Below are positions 10,547 through 20,311 of a stretch of DNA of 32,226 nt, in pieces; position 1 is the stretch's first letter, and every line of letters starts with the position of its first letter. The position numbers and the translations under genes are program-made. The DNA is from Octopus bimaculoides (lineage: Eukaryota): positions 9,027,571 to 9,059,796 of the forward strand of contig NC_068992.1 in the NCBI RefSeq assembly GCF_001194135.2. The letters run 5' to 3'. The notes beneath the pieces are model-generated. The model was not told where the DNA came from and ran no database searches. It worked only from the letters and a program-made list of their open reading frames with translations.

Positions 10547-10622
10547 TGGTTAGCTGTGGACTCAAACTCACATCTCCGTGATTATGCGTCACAATGCTCT
10601 GACCGATTGAGCTAAACTCCCC
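10547..10622 (-). pseudogene. tRNA-like sequence with CAT anticodon (tRNA-Met-like pseudogene or tRNA-derived SINE head)
   Basis: Minus strand: D arm GCTC-AATCGGTCA-GAGC; anticodon stem TGTGA/TCACG with loop CGCATAA; damaged T arm GTGAG-TTTGAGT-CCAC; acceptor stem with two mismatches; T6 run ~8 nt downstream. Confidence 0.6.
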
Positions 10623-10832
10623 CACTACAAATTCCTCTGTAAATTTAAGATGTATAGAAATCTCGCTTTATGAGACACTATCATATGTTAAATTCAAATT
10701 ACGACAAACGTAAACAAACAAAGTTTGCTTTTAGAAGCGTTAAGACTGAAATTTGGAAGTTGTCAAAGACTAATCAACCTTTTTGATACCCACCCATCTG
10801 AGACTGCACTTGGTTCTGTGGTTCTAACTTCC

Positions 10833-10879
10833 TTTTTAATTAAGATCACTTTCTGTTTAAAAGTGATCTTAATTAAAAA
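10833..10879. other. Perfect 20-bp inverted repeat with 7-nt loop
   Basis: TTTTTAATTAAGATCACTTT-ctgttta-AAAGTGATCTTAATTAAAAA. Confidence 0.95.
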
Positions 10880-11299
10880 CCTTCCATCAAAATTTCACAT
10901 TAATGTTCCAAACACCAGCTTATAATAATGACAAAGTTATTTTATCTAATTCTTCAATATGGTAACGAAAGAGTTAAATGATTAGAAATCGAAATATTTA
11001 AATGTTTATGTGTTTGTATGTTTGAGATGTATCCTAGTTGTCATTAAGATTATGAAGTTCTCATTATTGGACTATTAACTTCATCTTGTTAAAAAAAAAT
11101 GTTTGTAAGTAGTCATTTACCTTCATGTAACAGATAGAAGAAATGGATAAAGTAACATATATGGAGGAAATAGCTTGGAAAATTACCTACGGCTGAGCAA
11201 TTCTCTAATTTGTGCTCCAGAAACATTAAAACATTAAAAAAAAACTTAACATGGCTAAACGTATTTTGGATATTGTACAGTCTAACAGCTATGCCTATC

Positions 11300-12080
11300 A
11301 AGAATTCTGTGCTTAGTTTTGTCTGGCTGACAAAACCCAGTAAGGATTAAGGATTAAGTATTTGCCAGGAGGAAGGTGAATGTGGCAATTGTGATTGACA
11401 ATGGATTAAAAATTTGGTAGTTTGGAAAAAAATTGCAGGACATTTGGTGGTAGTTCTCAATAGATTGAGGTTTATGGTAATAAGTTCTGTGGACTAAGAT
11501 GAGCACTAGTAGTGGAGAGGTATCACTCTATGTTTTATGTATCAAAATATCTGCTTCTGTAATCCATAGAACCATCACAAGATCCAGTTCTTTTTGCAGA
11601 GTGATAACTTGTGTGTCTCAATGACTTTGGGAGCTATGCCAGCAGAGTGTGAGTTCCTGGTAGATGTCCATTGCAGAATGGGTCAAAGGATAGAAACCAG
11701 ACTAATGGACCACCACTTGCCAGTGATGAAAATAGGTTTGTGTAGGGCCAAGACTCCTATCTAGAAAAATGCTAAGTTACAGAAGCATCAATGATAATTC
11801 AAAATCAACAAACTTAGGGGAGGAAGGCCTTTGAAAATCTAAAGTTGAGAACTGTGGAGAAAAGCTGTCGATGGTCTATGTGGCATAGGGAGGAGAGTGC
11901 TTAAGTAAAGTAATAAACTATAGAAGGCTGTGATTATGGACCAGGCATCAGCTCTTGAGTATTGAAGACTGAGGGAAAGGATTGTACCTGTAATTTTCAC
12001 AGGGCCATTGAGACTAGTAAGGATGGAACAGGAAGAAGAAACAGTCTCATTAGGTTGTGGTTGAAAGGAGCTGGACAAAA
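11300..12080 (-). mobile_element. Possible very decayed CR1/L2-group LINE (endonuclease to linker region)
   Basis: Only weak nucleotide-level resemblance to DFN.H...LSQSLTQ...LLDL...SPLG.SDH coding sequence; no clean frame. Confidence 0.25.
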
Positions 12081-12699
12081 TGATATCTAATTTTTCTCAG
12101 AATGAAACCCTGGTTCAAATTCTTTCAACAGTGTAGACACTTCTAAAAATGTTGTTGTCGTTGTTTTGTTGTTGTTTAACACAAAGATAAATCCTGATTC
12201 AGCTGGTCTGTGATCAGAAGTATTTCATTCAACCGCGATAATTCTTTTTTTCTTTATCAAGCAATGGCTTACATATTTTAGTACATCCTTTTCCATTAAG
12301 TGTAATTTTTGGATGGGAAACGGGTTGATATTTGGCTGTTATTTCTAGCAGGTCAAGTTACTATGAACAAAATTGCTATCATTGCAGTCTCTGCTGCTGT
12401 TGCTGTTGTTGTTGTTGCTCTTGTTATTTTAAAAATCAGTTTACCAGTGTACTAAATATTTTGGCTGCTCACCATGTTTTATTTTTCTCCTTTTACTCAA
12501 TGATAGACAAATGTGTGCTTCTTCCTCTGAAGTTCTATTGGCATACTAGTTGCAGTATAAACAATTATTCTCTTATTCTCTAACCTTTTCATTCTGATTT
12601 CTCAGTGACCTCAGCCGGAGCCATCTAGTTAAAAATTAGACATTCATAACGAAGTAAAGGCAACTTTCCCACAGGAAGGAAGACATCTGATAATGCAAC

Positions 12700-12721
12700 T
12701 ACTGCTGCTGCCACCACCACC

Positions 12722-12794
<73 letters not shown>

Positions 12795-12960
12795 GTAATA
12801 ATAATTTCTTTATCTGCCATAAGAGGAATGGATGAATGGTTATTACAAGGATGAATTACACAATGATGATGATGATGATGACAACAGCAATGACAATGCT
12901 GCTACTGCTGCTACTGTTGCTGCTGCTGCCCCTGATGATGATGATGATGATGATGATATT
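12700..12960. repeat. Compound trinucleotide microsatellites (CCA/CTA/TAA; GAT/GCT)
   Basis: Read directly. Confidence 0.92.
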
Positions 12961-13222
12961 AAAAACATTTATTTTATTTTTATTCTTTTACTGGTTCCTG
13001 TGTTAGGGCTGCCATTATTCTAGGACACAACCACCAACAAGTTTTAGTCAATTATTATTATACTTGTTTTTATTAATCTCTTGCTAACGAATGGCTATGT
13101 CCAATACTGAGCCAATCCCAAACTGGGCCATCGATCCTTTGATACTGGGCCAAACATAAAGAATGAATTTTAAAATTGAATCTCTAATTGATAATTGCAA
13201 TCTGCAGAATGTTTTTACATTA

Positions 13223-13451
13223 CTCTCTCTTTACTCTTTTACTTCTTTCAGTCATTTGACTGCGGCCATGCTGGAGCACCGCCTTTTAGTTGAGCAAATC
13301 GACCCCAGGGCTTATTCTTTGTAAGCCTAGTACTTATTCTATCGGTCTCTTTTGCCGAACCGCTAAGTTACGGGGACGTAAACACACCAGCATCGGTTGT
13401 CAAGCGAAGTTGGCAGGAGACAAACACAGACACACAAACATATACACATAC

Positions 13452-13505
<54 letters not shown>

Positions 13506-13666
13506 GACGGGCTTCTTTCAGTTTCCGTTTACCCAATCCACTCACAAGGCTTTGGTCGGCCCAAGGCTATAGTAGAAGACACTTGCCCAAGGTGCCACGC
13601 AGTGGGACTGAACCTGGAACCATGTGGTTGGTAAGCAAGCTACTTACCACACAGCCACTCCTGCGC
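13223..13666 (-). mobile_element. Full-length young SINE family A with internal (CATA)/(TA)n microsatellite
   Basis: Head GCGCAGGAGTGGCTGTGTGG on the minus strand, CORE-like block, internal microsatellite at ~13430-13503 and an (AGTAAAAG)-type tail. Closely similar to 22608-23015. Confidence 0.93.
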
Positions 13667-13762
13667 TTATACACATATTTTATATGTATTATACATGTAT
13701 TATATATGTATTAATTAGATTATCTATTATGCACTTTATTGTTTTGTTATGCCCATGATGCT

Positions 13763-13828
13763 CTGGTCTGTGGAAAAATTGTCTTGCATGGAACCAGTCT
13801 GTGGTGCAACAGAGGTTGAGGAACATTG
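13763..13828 (+). mobile_element. hAT-Charlie (MER1-like) right end remnant
   Basis: CTGGTCTGTGGAAAAATTGTCTTGCATGGAACCAGTCTGTGGTGCAACAGAGGTTGAGGAACATTG resembles the recalled MER1 end CCGGTCCGTGGAAAAATTGTCTTCCACGAAACCGGTCCCTGGTGCCAAAAAGGTTGGGGACCGCTG. It is followed by CAATAGAT, which is Charlie-like (TAGA target core). Confidence 0.7.
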
Positions 13829-14893
13829 CAATAGATCGTGCTGGCTTCATTTCTTTCCAACCTTCACATCTGCTTTGCTTTCAGTGTCCACATCTCACTA
13901 CTATGCAGCATCACAGTTCATATATACGAGTATTGTACAACCTACCCTTAACTTGGAGAGAGAGAGGGAAAGAGAAATAGAGAGAGAGAGAGTGTGTGTG
14001 AGAGAGAGAAAGAGAGGAAGGAGGGGGGAGGGAGGGAGGGAGAGAATTTCCTTGTTACCATTAGTAGTAATAACTTCCTCGATTTTTTTTTCCCATTCTA
14101 ATTGTATTCTGGTTACTATGCTTTCAGAAAAACCCTTCTCCACTGTTCATTAAGTTAGTAGGTTATGGCTGGTGTTGATTTGGTGGNNNNNNNNNNNNNN
14201 NNNNNNNNNNNNNNNNNNNNNNNNNNNNNNNNNNNNNNNNNNNNNNNNNNNNNNNNNNNNNNNNNNNNNNNNNNNNNNNNNNNNNNNNNNNNNNNNNNNN
14301 NNNNNNNNNNNNNNNNNNNNNNNNNNNNNNNNNNNNNNNNNNNNNNNNNNNNNNNNNNNNNNNNNNNNNNNNNNNNNNNNNNNNNNNNNNNNNNNNNNNN
14401 NNNNNNNNNNNNNNNNNNNNNNNNNNNNNNNNNNNNNNNNNNNNNNNNNNNNNNNNNNNNNNNNNNNNNNNNNNNNNNNNNNNNNNNNNNNNNNNNNNNN
14501 NNNNNNNNNNNNNNNNNNNNNNNNNNNNNNNNNNNNNNNNNNNNNNNNNNNNNNNNNNNNNNNNNNNNNNNNNNNNNNNNNNNNNNNNNNNNNNNNNNNN
14601 NNNNNNNNNNNNNNNNNNNNNNNNNNNNNNNNNNNNNNNNNNNNNNNNNNNNNNNNNNNNNNNNNNNNNNNNNNNNNNNNNNNNNNNNNNNNNNNNNNNN
14701 NNNNNNNNNNNNNNNNNNNNNNNNNNNNNNNNNNNNNNNNNNNNNNNNNNNNNNNNNNNNNNNNNNNNNNNNNNNNNNNNNNNNNNNNNNNNNNNNNNNN
14801 NNNNNNNNNNNNNNNNNNNNNNNNNNNNNNNNNNNNNNNNNNNNNNNNNNNNNNNNNNNNNNNNNNNNNNNNNNNNNNNNNNNNNNNNNNNNN

Positions 14894-15045
14894 AGTTGTG
14901 GTGGTGGTGGTGGTGGTGGTTGTGGTGGTGGTGGTGGTGGTGATAGTGGTTACGGTGGTGATGGTCGTTTCGGAAGCAGCAGTGGTCATGGTGGTGGCAG
15001 TGACGGCAGTGGTGATTGTAGGGGGGGGAGGTGGAGGTGTGTGCC
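14894..15045. repeat. Degenerate (GGT)n tract next to an assembly gap
   Basis: Read directly. Confidence 0.9.
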
Positions 15046-15380
15046 GTGATTAGCCGTATAGCAGTGATGACGAAAAGGAGGAAGATAATGACACTGACGC
15101 CCCTGACAAGAAATCAATTTGATTTATTTCAAACTGTAATCCATACAGACATATGGCATTTCTTTTAGAAATAATGATCAGTGAATGTGCATAGTATAAG
15201 TTCCTGCTCTTAGAACATAAGCATTTAAGTGGTGCCCTTAACAGCAACCTTTGTTATAGTTCCTCTTCAATAAACCAGAGGCAAAGTTGGTTTGTAATTT
15301 TACTCTATTAACTAACTTTACTGTTCTGTTCTGAAGGATTAACCTTGTTACCATTTCATCAATTATGCATCGATGTTTCA

Positions 15381-15806
15381 TCTTTTATATTTTACTTGTT
15401 TCGGTCATTGAACTCCTACCATGACAGGGCACTGCCTTGGAGGGTTTTTCAGTCAAGCAAATCGATGCCAGTGCTTAGTTTCTCTTTTTAAGCCTGGTAC
15501 TTATTCTGTTGGTCTCTTTTGCCAATCTGCTAAGTTACAGGGATGTTAACAAACCAGTATTCTGGTTCCAAGTGGTTGTAGGGGACAAACACAAGCACAA
15601 AACTATGCACACTCACACACACTCATGTGTATGCACACATGCACAAACAAACATATGTACACACACATGTACAACAGGCTTCTTTCAGTTTCCGTCATCA
15701 AATTCATTCACAAAGCTTTGATCAGCCTGGGGTTGTAGTAGGAGATACTTGCCTAAGGTGCTGCACAGTAGGACTGAACCCAAGACCATATGCTTGCCAC
15801 AAGCCA
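15381..15806 (-). mobile_element. Older full-length SINE family A copy
   Basis: Both halves and the internal CA tract are present, with many substitutions relative to the 13223 copy. Confidence 0.8.
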
Positions 15807-16081
15807 GCTGAATCTCACTGTTAATAATATGTAGAATTACGGTGGCTTCTCAGACACTGATGTCACAAATAGCCAGAAGGTTTATCAGAAAATAAATATT
15901 AGTGATGGAAGCAGTGTGTTTAACAAATGGCTGCCTTTATATCCTTCTAACCATGCATCGATATGAGATATTCTCTCAGAATGAATACCACAGTATTTGG
16001 AATTCTAACAATGTGTAAATGGGATACAAAGATTATCATTTGGTATTGATACTGCTTCTATTGCTGATATCCAGTTCTATT

Positions 16082-16390
16082 AAGATGGCAAGCTAACAGA
16101 ATCATTAGTATGCCAGGTAAAATGCATAGTGGCATTTTGTCTGTCTTCACTTTCTGAGTTCAAATTCCACCGAGGTGGACTTTGCCTTTCTTCTTTTCAG
16201 GTTTGGTGAATTAAGTACCAGTTGTGTACTGGGATTGATCTAATCAATTGGCCCCTCCCCCAAAATTTCGGGCCTTGTGACTAGAGTAGAAAAGAAAAAG
16301 AAAAGTACTAGTTGAGTACTGGGGTCAATGTAATCAATTTACTGCTTTGCCTAAACTTACTTGCCTTGTACCAAAATTTGAAACCAATAT
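16082..16390 (+). mobile_element. SINE family B with two tandem 3' ends
   Basis: Full body ending CTAGAGTAGAAAAG, then a second AGTACTAGTTGAGTACTGGGG...CCAAAATTTGAAACC end. Confidence 0.8.
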
Positions 16391-16414
16391 TTATTTCTAT
16401 TTAGATTTTTAAGT

Positions 16415-16522
16415 GTAGGCATGGGTGTACGGTAAGAAGTTCACTTCTCAATTACCTAGTTCTGAGTTCAGTCCTACTGCATGGCACTTTGGGCAAGTGT
16501 CTTCTGCTATAGCTCCAGGCTT
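16415..16522 (+). mobile_element. SINE family A head fragment
   Basis: GGTAAGAAGTTCACTTCTC...GAGTTCAGTCCTACTGCATGGCACTTTGGGCAAGTGTCTTCTGCTATAGC. Confidence 0.75.
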
Positions 16523-16568
16523 TTACTATGACCCAATGTTAAGATGGTGGTGGTGGTGGTGCTGGTGG

Positions 16569-16617
<49 letters not shown>

Positions 16618-17297
16618 ATAGTTCTTTGCATTAAATGTCTTAAATAACTTGGTAACATTTGTTGCAATTTCTACCAGCCCCAGCAACCACCTAGAAGTAT
16701 CCTCATTGGTTCATGAAAATATTATATATGGCAGGATTAGGTTTATTTGAACAATAAATTTCTTGAAACTGTTTGCTAAAAATGTAAATTTGCAGTTCTT
16801 TTTTTATGGATTTAAAATAGTTAAATATTTATATTTTCTAAATTCTGTATCAATACAAATGCAAATATATTTGCTTCCACATTTAATTTAAAAACTCATC
16901 ATAGAATTTTTTCCTAAATGAACAAAACAAGCAAAAATGTATTTAATTGAAAATTATATAGATTATTACTGAATTCTAGTTGCAAAATTAGCTTTATATA
17001 TTGAAAGTTTGCAAGATACAATGTATTATTTTGTTATGAGGAGCAGGTGAAGTCAACTGTCTCACGTGAAGTCATTAACTAGAAAGTAAAACAAAATGCT
17101 TAGTAGTAATGAAGAACAAATAGACTGGAAAATGTGGGAAAGAGAAAAATATTAATAGTTAAGAAGATGGTGGGGTAATGTCACCAGGGGAAAAAGATAT
17201 TGATAAGAAGACGATGGATGTGATGAGAAAATTAATGCATAGCTTGTTTTTGAAAAACTGGGAGGTAAGTGTCTTAAGATCAAAATGGTAAAGAAAC

Positions 17298-17346
<49 letters not shown>

Positions 17347-17401
17347 GCAGGTCTCCCAGAACATTCATCAAAATTGATATTTTTCAACCATCTTGGAAGC
17401 A

Positions 17402-17555
17402 TTGTGAGTGTTTATTGAGCGAAAACACCTAAGCTCCACGAGGCTCCGGCAGGGGGTGGTGGCAACCCCTGTTGTACTCTTTTGCCCCAACTTCCTCTCA
17501 GTCTTTCTTCCTGTTTCTTGAATAACGCTGCGATGAACTGGGCCCATGAGCCTGG
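17402..17555 (+). mobile_element. SINE family C-related, 5'-truncated fragment
   Basis: TTGTGAGTGTTTATTGAGCGAAAACACCTAAGCTCCACGAGGCTCCGG is nearly identical to 6151-6200. Confidence 0.85.
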
Positions 17556-17689
17556 CTAGGCTTTGAAAGGACGACGTTCATCGTTTTTTTATCCTTTGGT
17601 TTGACATCATGTGATAATTGTAAAATGTGTGACATCATCGTGAAAGTGGTGGCTTTTCCTTGCCAATATTCTGTGAAAACCATATCTAA

Positions 17690-17825
17690 CTTTGGGAAAA
17701 TACATCCTTTCTTAGAAAGAAGTGAGGGTTGGTGACAGGATGGGCATCCATCATGGAAAATTCACCTCAACAAATACCATCTGACCATTGCAAGCATGGA
17801 AAAGTGGATGTTAAAATGTTAATGA
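17690..17825 (+). mobile_element. Family D 3' fragment
   Basis: GGTTGGTGACAGGATGGGCATCC...GCAAGCATGGAAAAGTGGATGTTAAAATG. Confidence 0.7.
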
Positions 17826-17983
17826 TTAACTTCAGTAGGATTTGAATTCAGAATATAGATGACCATAACTAAATACTGCAAGTAATTTTGTTTGCCATTC
17901 TAGCAGTTCTGCTAATCCACCACCTGAATGTGTCAGGTTTATTTTATTTGTATAATAAACTCGAAAAAGATCTTTAGATTAAA

Positions 17984-18113
17984 CAAACAACAGCTATTTC
18001 CAAAATGACTCAAAATAGATTTAAAAGGTTTAGCTTTTTCATTATCCACACAATAATGAAAAGCTAAACCTTTTACTTCTATTTTGAGTTATTTTGAAAA
18101 TAGCCGTTATTTG
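17984..18113. other. Long palindrome with ~62-bp stem and 7-nt loop
   Basis: Arms at 17984-18045 and 18053-18113; loop CCACACA; inner 22 bp perfect apart from one extra T; about six mismatches in the outer 39 bp. Confidence 0.92.
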
Positions 18114-18549
18114 CTTCATTTCAAGAATGATGTCAGGCAGTTGATCTGAGATATAAATACTAGACTCACTTTCAAAAACACTCATAATAAAACCGGAGGT
18201 AAATTAAAATCTTTTTAAAACAAATTCAAAAGTCAGTATTTTCAATGTTATCATGGACACTTAATCATGCAAAATTAATATGTTCATTACTCCGTATAGA
18301 TAAATGATAGGAGAAAAATTTTTTTTTTTAAATTAAAAAGAACTAGGAAAATGATTTAGGTTGTATTTTCTTTAATGAAAATTTTAATTTGATTCCTTTC
18401 CTTCTGAATTATTTTACTGATATTGTATGGATAATGAAAAGTTAAATCTTTTAATTCTTGTTTTGCTTACTTTGGAAATAGCTGTCATTTATTTAATTTC
18501 AAAAATGATGCCAAGTGATTGATCTATAATATAAGTACAAGGTATACTT

Positions 18550-18773
18550 TTAACCTTTTAGCATTTAAATTGGCCATATCTGGCCTGAATAGTCTACCTG
18601 TTGCATGTTCAAACTGGTCAGATCCAGCCTCTCACACCTCCCCTACAATGTCGTTCTAAGGATCAACAATCATATAATTGAAATCTTGAAGCTCTGAGAT
18701 AATGCATAAATAATTCAAGTCTTTGTGAATAAATAAACAATATATTTGACAGAATAACCTGAATGCAGGTTAG
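18550..18773 (+). mobile_element. TTAA-flanked (piggyBac-like TIR) MITE, near complete
   Basis: Starts TTAACCTTTTAGCATTTAAA and ends CTGAATGCAGGTTAG (damaged right TIR). A homologous end lies at 9172-9243. Confidence 0.75.
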
Positions 18774-18844
18774 AAACAAAAAAGGGCTGACAAGTTAGTC
18801 TTTGCGTGGGCATTCAAGATGCTAGAAATAGCAGCCAAATCTCG

Positions 18845-18965
18845 ACCCCAAAAGGATGAAAGACAAAGTCAATCTCAACAGAATTTGAACTCAGAATGTA
18901 AAGATAGCCGAAATACTGCTAAGCATTTCGCCCGGTGTGCTAACATTTCTGCCAGCTCATCACCT
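18845..18965 (-). mobile_element. SINE family B, 5' part
   Basis: GAATTTGAACTCAGAATGTAAAAG...CTAAGCATTTCGCCCGGTGTGCTAACATTTCTGCCAGCTC. Confidence 0.85.
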
Positions 18966-20092
18966 TATGACAGAAATACAATGGTGCCAAACTGTTTCAG
19001 CCATTGCCTCTTCATGGATGATAAAGGTGCCATAGTGAGTGGGTACTTGCTTGCACTGTCAACTTCTGGTCTTCCATAAACCTTTCCTTGGACTATGCCT
19101 TGAAAAGAAAGTTTCCAGATGTAGATCGATAGTCTCACAAGACATACAGAGATTGACTACATCCTCCCTTTCTTCTTTCCTTTCTTCCTTTCCCCTTTAT
19201 CACCTTTATCAGGGATCTTATGAAAAGGCCATAATGAGCATCACACTTCATCCTCAAAGTTTTTAATAAACAAAGTTGAGATACATTGGATAATGTAATC
19301 CTAGAAGTTCACGAGGTGGAATGGTCACTACTGGAATGCCTTTGATCGTTGTTTTCCTTGATCAGGTTGACTTGGTGTCTGTATGTCCTCTCTGTATTTA
19401 GGCTTTGTGCCTGTAATAAAGAATTTACTAAACAAAAACAATAATAACAATAGTGACATCATAACATGGAAAAATTATTTGGCTTTTTTTTTACTTCTTT
19501 TATTTGTCTTCTTTATTCAAGAATCCTTCTGGCTCTGTTTCCTTTTATAAAATGTGTATGGATGATTAAAAGCCAATCCTTTTAAAATCTATTTTGAGTT
19601 GTTCGAAAATAGCTTCATTTTAAGAATTATATCAGGTGTTGATCGAAGCTACAAATCCAAGACACTCTTCTAAAAACATTTTGCAAATAAAGTGAAGCAA
19701 GTAAAATATTTTTAAACAAATAAAAATGGAATATTTACTTTTATATCATAACACTCTTACATAACAAATATGCTATCAATTACAGGTTAATAAACTGATA
19801 GAAAAGAAAAACTGATGTAGAAAAATATATTTCGGTTTGTGTATCTTTTTTTAAGCAAGACTGCCACTGGCTTATTTTCCTTATATATGTGTAGCTAATG
19901 AACAAATAAATGTCTTAAATCTATTTTGAGCTATTTTGAAAATAGCTCTTGTTTATTTAATTTAAATATTGATGCAAGATAGTTGATCTGAGCCACAAAT
20001 GCAAGCCATATTTCTAACATTGCCAAAACTTCATATCATCAACACTATTATATTATCACACCTACTCTTACATATAATCATGTTTATTATTA

Positions 20093-20311
20093 CAGGTATG
20101 AAACGGAGAAAACAGGTATGAAACGGAGAAAACAGGTATGAAATGGAGAAAACAGGTATGAAATGGAGAAAACAGGTATGAAATGGAGAAAACATGTATG
20201 AAATGTAGAAAACAGGTATGAAACGGAGAAAACAGGTATGAAATGGAGAAAACAGGTATGAAATGGAGAAAACAGGTATGAAATGGAGAAAACAGGTATG
20301 AAACGGAGAAA
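20093..20311. repeat. 20-bp minisatellite ACAGGTATGAAA(C/T)GGAGAAA, ~11 copies
   Basis: Read directly; one variant stretch (AACATGTATGAAATGTAGAA) at 20191-20210; no spacers. Confidence 0.97.

Noticed and set aside
14894-15049. Gly-rich protein tail
   Set aside because: Degenerate (GGT)n microsatellite with no splice or start support.
15829-15964. 43-codon open frame NYGGFSDTDVTNSQKVYQKINISDGSSVF...
   Set aside because: Poor pyrimidine tract, no convincing donor and no recognised homology.
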